Shown here one piece after another: positions 38,955-51,680 of a stretch of DNA of 64,000 nucleotides. Made by a program: the position numbers and the translations under genes. Numbering within the stretch: position 1 is the stretch's first letter; each line of letters begins with the position of its first letter. The notes below the pieces were generated by a model. It saw nothing but the letters and a program-made list of their open reading frames with translations. It was not told where the DNA came from and made no database searches. Origin of the DNA: Camelus dromedarius (taxonomy: Eukaryota); NCBI RefSeq assembly GCF_036321535.1, contig NC_087436.1, positions 10,354,001 through 10,418,000 of the forward strand. The letters run 5' to 3'.

Positions 38955-39679
38955 AAAACAACTATCTTTGAGTTTCAGGGACAAAAAATTAGGTGGAATT
39001 AAAGAATTCAAATTTATTATGATTTTATACATAATAATCTCCTTTTCCTCTGTGTTCAAACTTCTCCCAAAATACTTTTAAAAGGGTTAAGACATTTAAT
39101 ATCATGTTTTTAAGAATAAGTCTACTTGAGAATTAATCAGTGAGGGCTACATGTCTGTTTCCCTTAAGACAGTCTCATGAGTTCATTTACAACACAAAAT
39201 ACTTAAAGCCGTGAGTGGTGCCTCTCAAACTACCTAAAACAGGTCAAGTCACTAGTCACCACAGGTTAGCATCATACCTTTCTGCTGCTTTGCCTTAAAG
39301 CCAAATAGTTTTCAGATTTTGCTTAAGGTGATTCAAAATTTGATATATAAAGCATAAAGAAATTGTTATCTCTGGCATCTATCCAAAGTTTCCACAGTTG
39401 CTAGATGTGATCCCAACAAAAACATTATTATGAGAGAGATAAAGCTGATATTGACAAATACAAATGAAATAACATTTAGCACTTTCAATAAGATGTTCAT
39501 CATACGTCAGGCATGCTGTTTAAGTCCTCATTTAATTTTCTCAGTTTGACAAGGCAGTTATTATTAGCCCCATTTTTAAAGGAGGAAAGCAAGCCTGCAA
39601 AATGCCAAGCTACCTCCGCCTAGTCTAACAAAAGACTTGGAATCTGTGTCTCAACTCTGCTTCAAATTCTTCCCTCTAA

Positions 39680-40180
39680 AGAAAAGTCACACTGTCACTC
39701 CCCTGTTCCAAAGCCTCTAATGGGTTTCCCTGTCTCTCAGGAACACCCCCAACCATGACTGTTTCCTTGCAGGAGATCCAGAGCCAGCTCTCCCGTCACC
39801 CCTGGCCCACTTCCTTTCCCTGACCCCATCAGCTCCAGCCACGCTCCAGCAAGCTCCCATTTCAATCTTTGCATAGCTGTCCTCTCTTCTCGACTTCTCT
39901 TCCCACAAATATCAACATGCTTTACTTCCTTGCTTCTTTCATATTTTGACTCGAGTGTCACCCTCCCAGACAGACCTTTAATCATTCTTCCCTGATTCTG
40001 CTTTATATTTCATCACAATACTTATTGATGTGTTTGTTTATTGTTTGTCGTCTGTGCGGCTCTCCTTTCTCTCTGCATGAGAATAGGACTTTGTTCTGCT
40101 CAGTGTTATGCCCCTTCTGCTTAGAACAAAGCCTGGCATGTAGCAGCCACTTCAGTACTGCTGCATGAATATATGAATTA
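39680..40180 (+). mobile_element. L2 (L2a-like) 3' fragment
   Basis: gtcactcccctgttccaaagcctctaatgg...cttagaacaaagcctggcatgtag...tgaatatatgaat. Confidence 0.75.
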
Positions 40181-42144
40181 TTAACATTTCATACATCAAA
40201 GGAGAACACGCCTTCTGGGACCGGGCCCTGGGAGTCTCGAATTCAGTTCAGGAAGATTTAAGAGGAATCTGTTGCCAACCCTCAGTCCAGCAAGGGCTTT
40301 ATAGAGCAGATGTAATTTGCCGGGACAGATTAAAGGACCTGATTCGCTGATTTTAAGATAACAACAAGCAGGGCCGGCTTAAGACCGATATTAGGAGAAG
40401 GGCTTAGTTTTGGGTGAAGCAGGATGTTTCCCAGGAGAACACAGTGAGCACATTTATCTGAGTTGAGTATAAAAGAAAAGAGAGGAAAGGAGAGGACATG
40501 AGAGTGGGGTCAGTTGGAGCAGCCCGTGATGGACGGTGGAGGAGAGAGAGTTTGCACACGATCTAAGTGTAGGAGCACCTGCAGGCGGTCAGAGTGGCTG
40601 GAGGATGTGGTGAGAATGCAGGTGAGAAACTGCCCTGGGAACACTGCTAACTGTGTCCTGGAAAGAGGGCAGCTTCTGATCTATTTCTGGCAGGAAGGGC
40701 ACCGGTTTGATGTGGCACACGGGGGTGGGGTGGGGGAGAAAAGACGAAAACTAGCATTTTGTTGAGATCTACTACAGGTCACTGTTGGAGTCCCAATCTG
40801 CCACTTTCCAGCATTCATCCCCACCTCCTCACCCTTTTCTCTCTTTTTCAGTTTTTCTTGTTGCTCTTTAGAGAACTGAGATTTATCAACCCAATGGATA
40901 CCAAAAGAAGAAAATTAAAAAAAAATGCATATCCAAGAAAATGCTCAGGACATCCCAGGAGTGTTGCACTTTGACTTTCATTCAAGTATTTAGTGCATTT
41001 TGTCCTCTGTGATGCTTGACTGTTTCTCAGGCCTTTTTCTTCATGGACCATCCGCCCGCTGGGGGCAGACATGTCTCTCACAGGACACCCCATCACCGCC
41101 ACTCAGCATATCATTTACACACAGAAGGCACGCAAGTTATTTTCTGTGAAAAATAGTTAAAATTTTATCAGGAAGACAATATATGGAGGTACTGTGGAGG
41201 CAGTTGGTTAATATCATCACTGCTGTTGGTCTCAATCACAGGCTTTAGAATATCTAAAAAGATTTGTGTTGAAAGTGTAGATCCTCTACTAACAGGTAAC
41301 TAAAAGGATAATTTTGAGAACCATTTGTGGCAATGTTTTGACCCTCCAGATCACTGCCTCTGTACTCTCTTTATGAGCCCTTTCACTCTTGCCTCTTTTG
41401 CGTTACAATTCAACCCCTTTGCAAAGGCAGTCACTTGAAATTCATATTTAAAGGGGAAATGCAGAGACTTTCAGTCCCCGTGATTCAGGTCAGAGCGTTT
41501 TATGACGATCAGCATCCGGGTCAAGACACTGCCTTCTCGGAAGCATTGGTCAATGGATCAAGTTTAAGTCGCAGGCTGATCTCCACGATGATAAGGTGGC
41601 GCCTTCCTGGAAGACGAATGGGCCTTTCAAATGGTTGCTCTGTGGCTGGAATTTAATGAGAATATAAACTCCACAAAAAGATATTTCCTTTTGCCAGTGA
41701 TGGACCACTCACTGAGTCCTTTATTTTATTTATTTATTTTTTTATGATGAAATCTGTATCCTAGCTAACAACAGCATGGAGTTGCTTATCTGTCGTTCTC
41801 GCACGTCTTCTCTCTCATTGCATCATTTTAAGGTCCCTCGTGACTTTTGTGGATGTTCTGGGACTTCCATTGAAATGTATTACATGCTTTTTGTGGAAAA
41901 ACTACACAAGCTATCATCAATTCATTCTTTAAAGAATATGTTCTCGATTCCACAGGGATAAACACTGAAAAAACAAGAGTTTGGGATCAGCAGAGAGACC
42001 ATGCGCTTTCTTCAGAAATTGTCTGTTTATCTCTTCTGGCATGTTTTATTCTCATTTTGTGAAAAATGTTCAGGAGCGTAAGCCTATCCAAACAAGTGGT
42101 GACACTTCTGCTTAACGTTTTCCTCCACCATATTTTGTGTCGTT

Positions 42145-43075
42145 TTTCTGCCAGTTCTACTGAGGTATAATTTACATACAATATAACCAATTTTAAATGT
42201 ACAATTGGATGAGTTTTGACAAATGTGTACAGTTGGATAATGATCAGAACATAATGATCAGTAATAATTCAGAACATTTACATCATCTCAAAAAGTTCCC
42301 TGTGTTCTGTTATGGTCAATCCCCTCCCACACAATTTGGTGGCCACCAGCAACCTCTGAGCTGCTTTCCACCAGCATTTTATTTTATTTTATTTTACTTT
42401 ATTTTTATTTTTATTTAATTTATTTTACTTTACTTTACTATTTTTATTTTATTTTATTTATTTAATTTTAATTTAATTTTATTTATTTTACTTTACTACT
42501 TTTTTTAAATTTTATTTTATTTTAATTTATTGCCTTTTCCAGAATGCAACATCAGTGGAACCCTACAGTGTGTACTCTTGTGAGTCTGACTCCTTTCACT
42601 TGGCCCATCCATGTTGCATGTATCTGTAGCTCACACCTCTTTATTGGCATCATATGACTACATCATAATTTGCTTACCTGTTTATCAGTTAACGGAAATT
42701 CTGATTGTCTCACAACTGGGGTATTCTCCATAAAGCTGTTAAAAATATTTCAAGATATGCTTTCTGGGCACACAGTATTATTTCACAAGGGAATTGTGAT
42801 GCTATACCGTGAATGTCCGTTTGACTTTGTAAGAAACTGCCAAACTAGTTTCTCATGCTCATTAACGTTTGGCATCGCCAGTCTCCCAAGTCTTAGCCAT
42901 TCTAGCACGTGCACTGTGGCATCTCTTTTTGATTTCATTTGTATGGCTCATCAATGAATAACGATGCTGAGTATCTTTTCATGTTCTTGGCCATCATCTA
43001 GAGATCTTCTTTGGTGAAGTATCTGTTCAAATCTTTTGTCTATTTGGGGGGACTATTTGTCTTCTGATATCATTT
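42145..43075 (-). mobile_element. Old L1 (L1MD/ME-like) 3' fragment with an internal (TTTTA)n expansion
   Basis: tgaggtataatttacataca...gagttttgacaaatgtg...ttctttggtgaagtatctgttcaaatctttt. Confidence 0.75.
42376..42531. repeat. (TTTTA)n degenerate pentanucleotide repeat
   Basis: About 150 bp of attttattttatttt variants. Confidence 0.9.
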
Positions 43076-44576
43076 ATTTTAAAAGAATGCAGTTGAGCAA
43101 AGAAAGTAACATAAATTTGGCTTCAAAAGGTTGCCTTTCCCCTGCCATCGCCCCTTCAGGTCTGCTACCCAAGCAACAAGGTGTGATCACTGAACTCCCA
43201 AGGCCTAGGGACTAAGTCTCAAGAAGAATTTTAAGAGTTCGAGTCTTGAACAGACAAAATGATAGACTTCTCTATTGGACTGTTTAAATACACATCTAAT
43301 TCTCCCCTTAAACCTAAAACTATCTCTAAGAAACCCCAGGAGAATATTTTTCTAACTCTTTTTTTTTTCTTTTTTGTGCTTTGTGACATCCGGCAGTGAG
43401 GAGTGGTTTCAATGCCAACTTCTGTTTATTAATTTACTGAGTTAAGTAGGGTATTCCTTATAGTTTCATATACCTCAGATTGGTGTTACTTCTGGATGTG
43501 GTATGTTAATGGTTTCTTAGAAGTAAAGCTGTAAATTATAGACTGCCAAGAAGCAAAGCTGGAGCAAGCAAACCAACAACCACTAGGCATTTCTTGAGTA
43601 TCTAGCTCAGTGACAAGTACAAAGCAGGATGCTAAAAAATTATAGTTTCTTTCCCACAGGTTGATGTCAGTCACCTGACCCCTCATTACAAGGAAACACT
43701 GGTAGTTCTGTTAATGCAACGTTCCAAACCAAAGCAGAGAAATGAAGGAGCGTTCTAAACAGCATGTAAACGTAGGAGTGGGGCACGGTTTTGTTTTTAA
43801 AACCTTACACTCATTAAGCTACAATCCAGACAGAAGACACAGACTATGGCATTTATATCAAAACGGTTAAATGACTTTGGGTCTATTTTATCAATGCAAC
43901 TCTTCCAAAGGTAACATTTTTCTGAAGTATTCTGTTGGCTTCATAAAAAGAATTGGAACGCAGGCTTCTCTGTGCCCTGAAACAACTGTCTCCCTCCATC
44001 ACCAGTCCAGCTCACCCTCACTTCGGTATGATTGGTGAAATATTCGATTAGGGGAAGCCGCGTCATTTCATGGGGGTTATGGCGTAACTGACTCCACACA
44101 GATCACTAGATGCGCTCACTTCTCTGATTCACTCTGGAGAGCAGTCATTCACTCTCATTCACAAGTGAAGAGACACATTATCAGATTCTAAGTAACATTT
44201 TGTTAAACAAACGTCTCCACATTTCAAGTAGTAAAAATGCACTCACAACCAAAACTAACTTCTACTAACGGGAATCTTTGTCCTAAAGAGATTATTTGAA
44301 AATTTTTCTTACACCTGTAATCTTTGTTCACGTGGAAGGAACAAATACAGGATGCGTGTTCTACAGTGTTTGCTCTCGCCAGCTTAGAATGGGATGCAGA
44401 GGGGGAATAACTGAAATAAAAGGTACAAGGTTTTTATCCAAGCACTTAGAATCATGCTTAGTATATATTAGGCACTCAAAAAGTTTTTGAATGCTTAACA
44501 GTGTCTCAGTGTCTTGCTCTGGCCTCTCCAGTGACTTACCAAGTTTTTAGTACATAGTCTTCAAGATGAAAAGATA

Positions 44577-45250
44577 TGGAACTGAGCAGGACCCTCTGTG
44601 GCCTTCTTGGAATAAACTCCTCCCCTGCCATGTCCCCTGCCAATCTCTTGTTTGGAGAAAAACTGTAGTCTCCCAGGCCTCCCCTGAGTCACAAAAGCCT
44701 GGCTCAAGAATTAATGACTGAAAGGATGTGAACATGTGGTGACAAAAATAGCAGTTGGGCCAGGAGAACTGGCAGGAATTTAAACAGTAAGTCAACCAAA
44801 TGGCAATCACAGAATCTTCAGTTCCTCCCTGAAGTACATCGGTAACAGTTTCTGATGCACATTTCCTGAGTTGTTTTACGATGCTAAAACCCTTGCCAAA
44901 TGGAAAAAGTTGACTGTATAATGACCAGGAGCACACAGCCCCCAGACCAGCTGGAGCCTGAGGATGGATGATATTAACCCCTGTGACACCACCCTGTTAC
45001 CTCACCATCAACCAATTGGAGAACGGTGTACGAGCTGATCACATACACTGTGACTCTCCCTTCTCACCTGTCCTTTAAAAGTGCCTCCTTGGAACCCACT
45101 GGGGAGTTCAGGTGGTTTTGAGCACTAGCTTCCCTGGACTTCTTGTCTGGTGCCCTACAGTAAACCCTTCACTTTCCTTCTCCACAACCCAGTGTCAGGA
45201 GATGGGCTTTACTGCGCAGGGGCGAGTGGTCCCAGGTTGACTCAGTAACA
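44577..45250 (+). mobile_element. Solo ERV1 LTR (674 bp; MER41-like 3' end)
   Basis: TGGAACTGAG...CAGTAACA with perfect TSD GATA (44573-44576 / 45251-45254); TTTAAAA TATA-like ~45074, AGTAAA ~45159. Confidence 0.9.
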
Positions 45251-46364
45251 GATATTACCGAGGTCTTGCAAATTGTCTTCCACTGAATTATGACTCTCAG
45301 GAAGTAGAACTGGGTATAACCTTCCAGTGTGAGCAGAATACTGAAAAAGTTAACTGATCAGATAATGGAGTCAGAGATGCTAGGCTGGTAGTTCAAAATC
45401 TGCCATTAATTCTCTGTAATTCCCTAGCGAAAGTATTTAGCCTTTTTGAGACTTCATTTCTAATCATAAAGGGAAGATTATAATACGCTTATAAGAACTG
45501 GCAGAGTATGGACATGGACTGATAAGAGTGGATGTTTAACCAATCTGAACAAATGCTGGTCATTCAGCTGTATGGTTAATTACCAACCTCAATATTCAAC
45601 CCAGGTTTGGTACCAGCCTCAAAAGGAATAATGCAGGTAAAACACTGAACACAGTGCAAGCACTATTGGGCATTCAGTAAAGGCTACCAAATAATACATT
45701 ACTTTAAGTTGTCTGTATTGATACAAATTTTACTGTCTCTGCAAATTCTGAGTCTGTGGTATGTAGCTGAATTGTTCTAAATTTCAGTACCACATAGCCA
45801 TTATTTTTCTTATTTATTCTTTGAATAATTTGGACAGTTTTTGAAGTAGAGAAGTACAATTCTTTCCCCAAAGCCTACATCTTTCTGGTCTTTAAATCTC
45901 TATACAAACATATTTTCTCTTTACCTGGTTATTTAGTTATTTATACTTTAGTTACTGGATGTGTCCCTATAAACTACATCAAATCCTTCATAAGATGAGG
46001 CAGAGATGAATGAAGGAAGGAGTGTATATGGATATGAGTGAACAGATGGTTGTCGATGCCTGAGAAATATTGTGCAAATAGACTTCAGTATAATTCACCT
46101 ACTAATATGCTCTCATCTTGCCCTCTGAGGGATCCTTTCTCTAATGGCATCTAACTATTGAAGAAATTACTTGGGAATTCAGTCTTAATTTTTTCATGCA
46201 ATGAAGAAACTGTTTTACAGAGTTTAATTTTGTCTTCTGAGGAGGTGGCTTGTTGTAGAAAAAGATTATCAGCGAGTTTAGGTGAAAAGAATATTTTCAG
46301 TTTTGTCCACTCAGAGGTCTGGTATTCATATATACATTAGCCCAGCATGGTCTTATATTTTTTT

Positions 46365-46560
46365 ACCGATTTATTTTATTATTTTATTTATTGGTATTTT
46401 ATTTTTTAATATTTTGTTTAATTATTTTATTGACATATAGTCGGTTTACAATGCATTGATTTCTGGTGTATAGCACAGTGATTCAATTATGCATGTATAC
46501 ATATATTCCTTTTCACATTCTTTTTCATTCTAGGCTATTATAAGGCATTAGATATTATTT
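46365..46560 (-). mobile_element. Short lineage-specific L1 3' terminus
   Basis: T-rich tail then ttgacatatagtcggtttacaatg..tttctggtgtatagcacagtgattca. Confidence 0.8.
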
Positions 46561-47149
46561 TGCCTAATGCCTGGCAAAGAAGTCCTGTGGTTGTGTTAAA
46601 CTTAAGGTAAACTGCAGAATTCCAAACCCACATCTTCAGAAGCTGGAATGCACAGCCCCCGGCAAGGACTCTTCCCTTACGCAGCCGTGACCACAGACAA
46701 GAAAGAGTTCCCTGGAGTCCAGCACAGAAAGCTGACATATTAGCTTCCCAAGAAACTCAATCTTTGCCAGGACTGGAACCCTTGTTATCTCTGTCCAATG
46801 GGACATGTTCCATTTGTGTCCCCCAATTCTGTTTCCTAATGTGCAATTTAAAATTTTATGTTACCCTTTAAAAAACTTCCATCACTGTATTTTTAGGTGT
46901 CTTGGTGCCCAAGTTTTGGATATGAGGTAACCATAGGTTCTCTGTTCATGGAGAGACACTCTAGAGATTATACAAGTTGGAAGGTTCATGATTCAGTGGT
47001 CTGGACTTAAAGGTGAAGGCAATAAGAAGAAAAGAATTTCCTTTAGGAAGTGGGGAATTTTGGCTTCGATTTTACAAGAATAGTTGTTTTATGTGAATGG
47101 GCATTTAAGGATATCACATTTGAAAAACAGTGTACGTGGATACTGGGCA

Positions 47150-47620
47150 GTCAATGAGCAGACTGTTGTTCCTGATTTCCAAGCATACCACCCTCCCTCC
47201 GATGACAGAACCATCTTCATTCTACGTCAGGTGGGTGGGGCCGTGTGCACACTACCAGGCGGTGTCCACATGACCCAGCCCCGGCCAATCACAGTGCGGG
47301 AACTCACACCTCCCAGCCATAGTGATGGACTGCGAAACAGCATGTGATTGGAGCAGGATGAGTCGAGCCCCTGTTTGGTAATTTTCTGCCAGAGCCCAAG
47401 GGGAAGACACCATTTTACTACTGGGCTCAACAGGCTGATAGGCTATGAGCTTTGACTGCCAGAAGACATAAGGAAAGTTCAATTTAAAAGCAGAGACAAG
47501 GTGTCTTGAGCTAGATTCTATCAGGCTTGGAGGCAGATGCAGTCTTAGACTTTTCTGTCCATGAGCCCCACTTGGGGGGTGGCAGAGGGCGCCCTGAGCA
47601 TGATTTATGTGAATCACTTA
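47150..47620 (+). mobile_element. ERVL LTR (LTR16/LTR33-like), degenerate
   Basis: cacatgacccagccccggccaatca...ccatagtgatgga...gcatgtga is the LTR16/33 core. Confidence 0.6.
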
Positions 47621-49009
47621 ACATCCTGTCATTTTAAATCAAAGGAGTCTGATATACTGGGGGCGGGGAGAGGTGGGCTGAGATCACAATGGCAAAAGAG
47701 TTCAGCTGAAAGTAGGATTTAGTTTGCCAGTGATCTGTGTTTGCTAAACGAGAAGAGAAAGGAAATACTGAGCAGGAGTTGAGTAGAGTGAATTCCCACA
47801 GGTCATCTTGTAAAGGTTCAGTGTTTTCTACTGTAGGAACAAAGGGGAAAAAATGGAAAGGAGGGGGATAACAGAAAAAGGAAAACATTTCTGTTATAGG
47901 GCCCAAGGCAAAATGAGTCCAAGTTTGGAGTGGTCATGTGGGAGTCAAACCTGTTTATGATTGAACCCAAGTTAGAGACTGCCTTTACAAAGATAAGACC
48001 TTCATCTGACCATTAATCTAAAACCTCCTGTGGCATTCCAGAGTCCCTACACAGGAAGTCAGATGAGGTCAGTGCATTGTTCAGACTTACATCTGATACA
48101 CCTTTTCCTCTGAGCTACTATATATGATGTTCATCTGAAGATCAAACTGTTGAAAGGAATAGGCCCTCTCATATCACACGATGTTTCCTTATTGATGTTC
48201 AACCATCTAGAAAAATATACATATATGTATTGGAAATTAAGGAAAAATCCTCTTTCATGGTTATCTGCAGAACACTATCATTATTGACTCAAAGGAGAAA
48301 AAGCAACATGTTCTAAATGAGAACAGAACAGTTTTAGTATTATGATAGTCTCTGAAAAAATGGAAATTGGGTAGGAAGAAGCACAGGCACTCTGTTTCAA
48401 AGATCTAGTAAATTCTCTGAGATGAGGTAAGTGCTCAGGGCACATCTACCAGTAACAATGAGGTTGACATTGTCCACCAATATGGCGGCAGGCAGCATAT
48501 GGTGGTCAAGACAGAGTTGACACTGGGAAAACCCCACAAGCAGTCATGGGCAAGCAGACATGTATTTATAGGGATGAAGAGTATAAACCCATGGGCGTGC
48601 TGTGAAGACAGGCATATATCTTAAGGGCATCAAGGAGAAAGAACAGAAATTCGTAGGGCTGGGATTTAGGACTCAAGTCTCCAAAAGGCATGCAAAGGAA
48701 CTGCAGAATTTGAATCTCATTGGAACTGAGGTGCCCAATAGACTTTCAATATAAGGCACTTGGAATGGGAGAAAAATGGTGGAATAGAGACCCAGATCAT
48801 TAAAATAACTGTGTCAGGCAAAGCAGGAACAAAAACAGGGGAAATTACCTTGGTCACTCCAAACTAGAGATAAAGAAAGACAAGATGCAATGGAAGGCCA
48901 ATTCCCAAATTAAGAAATAATGTTAACAAAACATAGCTAATCTGTATTAATTATCTCATGTATGTCTTTTACTGTTGTTATATAAATCATGTTTAATTTT
49001 CAAAATAAG

Positions 49010-49496
49010 CCCCAAATAACCCCAAAATGTAGCACTTTGGCACCTTGAATATTTTAAGTTCGAGGAATTTCAGAAACATCTTATGCAGGAACGACTTTTT
49101 GACCTTCCCCTGAAGCAGGTCATAAAACCCTCAAATGAGAGGAACCCTCCTTACATCTGAAGGAAAGCAGCATCCTTATCTCCAAGACACAGAGAGGAAT
49201 CTGAATGAACAGGCCTTGCTCTTGCCTTCCATTTCACTCTTAGCTCATAGCCTTTTCTGTCCTATCAAATTTTCCCACAACTCTCCACACTTTATTAGAC
49301 TTTGCATAAAAATAGTGAAGTTTAACTGCTTCTTTGTGTCTTCATTTCCTTATGAAGGCTCCCATGTTATTTAAAATGTATAATTAATAAATTTGTATCC
49401 TTTTTCTCTTGTTAACCTGTCCTTTTTTTTTTTTACAGTGGTCCCAAGCCAAGAATTTAGACTGGTAGAGGAAAAAGGTATCTTTCCTCCCCTGCA
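49010..49496 (+). mobile_element. Solo ERV1 LTR, MER34-like
   Basis: cccaaaatgtagcactttggc...gaagcaggtcataaaaccctc...AATAAAtttgtat...ttcctcccctgca. Confidence 0.75.
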
Positions 49497-49670
49497 CTCA
49501 TAAGGTATCATTATTATTACCCTTTCACAGATGACAAAATTGCAGCTCAGAATAAAGTAACCTCAAAGGAAACCAGCACATGGCAAAGTCAAAATTTCTG
49601 ACCATCAGAATTCTAAATTTTAGGTAGCAGAATCTATTCCATGTAGCTTAAAAGGGGAGATATTGAATAT

Positions 49671-50285
49671 AAACAACCTAAATGTCCATCAACAGATGAC
49701 TGGATAATGAAGTTGTGGTATATTTGTACAATGGAATACTACTCAGCCATAAAAAAGAATGAGACAATGCCATTTGCAGCAACATAGATGGACTGGAGAA
49801 TGTCATTCTAAGTGAAGTAAGCCAGAAAGAGAAAGAAAAATCCCATATGATATCATTTATATGTGGAATCTAAACAAAAAAAAAGACAAATGAACTTATT
49901 TACAAAATGGAAACAGACTCACAGACGTAGAAAACAAACTTACAGTTATCAGTGGGGAAAAGGGGTGGGAAGGGATAACTTGGGAGTTCGAGATTTGCAG
50001 ATGCTAACTAATATACATAAAATAGATAAACAACAGGTTTATACTGTATAACACAGGGAGCTATGTTCAATGTCTTGTGGTAACGTGTGGTGAAAGAGAA
50101 TGTGAAAACGAATGTGTGTGTGTTCCTGTATGGCTGAGGCATTGTGCTGTACACTGGGAACTGACACAATATTGTGGGATGACTATACTTCAACAAAAAT
50201 ACATAAAAAAGTAACTGTAAAAAACAAACAAAAATAAATTAACATATTATAAATCGACTATACTTCAATTTAAAAAATAAAGAAA
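49671..50285 (+). mobile_element. Lineage-specific L1 3' fragment with two successive 3' termini
   Basis: aaacaacctaaatgtccatc...atgccatttgcagcaaca; gactatacttcaa plus A-tail occurs at ~50181 and again at ~50256. Confidence 0.85.
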
Positions 50286-50586
50286 GAAGTCTGTAGCTCT
50301 CAGAATCCTTGGAAAGGATGGGAACTTTGGCTGTAGGTCACATTTATTAGACATTTTCCAGAACCACAGCATGGAACTGGCCTGACAAGGGAGCTGCTCC
50401 TGGCCTGAACCAGGAGAACATTTCTTGTGCTTTGATGAGAAACCTGTCTCACCTAGGGACCCCAAACACACTGCATCTACTGCCTCCTGCACCAGCCATA
50501 TCTCCTAGTGATCTCACATTTCATCTCTGAAACAAGTCGGAGGCCCAAAAGACCATCCTCCTAACATATAAGGGCAAAAACCAAGG

Positions 50587-50745
50587 TAGGGACCAGGACC
50601 AGACAAGGGAGGAGGCTAGGGTGTAAAATTCAAGGAGACACTCATTCTCAGGGTCATGCATGGGTAGGGTAAGCAACTGAGAGTGAGTGCTTCCTTAAAT
50701 TTTGAATGTGGCTGCCTTGCTTTCCTTGTTCAAGCCCTGACCCTG
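50587..50745. mobile_element. MER96-like hAT MITE (palindromic)
   Basis: Inverted arms aaaattcaaggagacactcattctcag / ctgagagtgagtgcttccttaaatttt; ends ...gaccctg. Confidence 0.75.
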
Positions 50746-50829
50746 GACCCCAGTCTTCAGTCTTCATCTGAGCCTCAAGAGAGGTGAGCAAGGTCGATTT
50801 TGTTTGTTTGTTTTCTTTGTCTTGAAAAG

Positions 50830-51680
50830 TTAGAAATTTTATTGTAGGAAGATGTCTAGTTGTGAAGAAGGCATTTACAAGAATTCTGTATAACTTCTTC
50901 TCTTCTTGTTTGAAGTACAGGAGCTATTAGCTCTTCAAAGACTCCTTGGCTCTGTATTTATAAACTCTAATCTTTTTGTTTGCCTGCAAACCAGGCAAAG
51001 CTGGTGCCTTTCTTGAAAGGTTTTGCTTACAGCAGGGAGGAACAGCCAGCATGCACTAACATTCTGGCTCTTTCTAGCAAGTTCTCCTACAATGATGGGC
51101 TTGGTTAGCACTTGGTATGCCTTTCTAGAGACCACAGGTCATGGTTTCATCAAATATTTTGTCCTGACAGAACACAGCTTACAGCTTTCCAGTTTGCAGT
51201 GTCTACGTGCTTGCGCTTTGCAGCCAACTGCCTGACCACTAAACCAATGCTAAATAGTGTTAAGTTTTTGTTAGAGCAACACCTCAGCTCAAGATACTAA
51301 TTTCTGTATTATGGTTAATGAAAATATAGCACTCAGGCCAGCAGAAGTTTGTTTCTCACTCTCTATGGTAAATAGTCCCCAACTGAGAGGATGTATTTTT
51401 TCCATTAGGTCTTTGAGGACCCTGGCAAAGAGGAAGTATTCTGTTTTCAACATGTGAATTTGACAGTTGCTCTGGTCATTATTGTACCAGTCTGCAAATA
51501 GTGGACAAGGACACAGAGCCTGTTTCCTGGGAGGTCCAATGGACCAGGGCAGGAAGTAACCAACACATTTTCTCTCATGTTCTACTGGGAAGAATTTGTT
51601 TACATGGCCATATTTAACTGCAAGGGAGGTTTAGAAATAACGTCTTGCGTATATAGAAGAAGAAGGAAAGTGACTTTGGG
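50830..51680 (-). mobile_element. MaLR internal fragment plus MLT1 (J-like) LTR
   Basis: Junction ...tactaatttc|tgtatta at ~51305 is typical of an MLT1 int/LTR boundary; catggccatatttaactgcaagggagg LTR motif. Confidence 0.6.

Noticed and set aside
40840..40975. Coding exon after a strong acceptor (RELRFINPMDTKRRK...)
   Set aside because: A-run-driven basic peptide, early stop, no convincing donor and no partner exons.
50587..50745. Novel structured ncRNA or miRNA hairpin
   Set aside because: The palindrome is explained by a MER96-like MITE.
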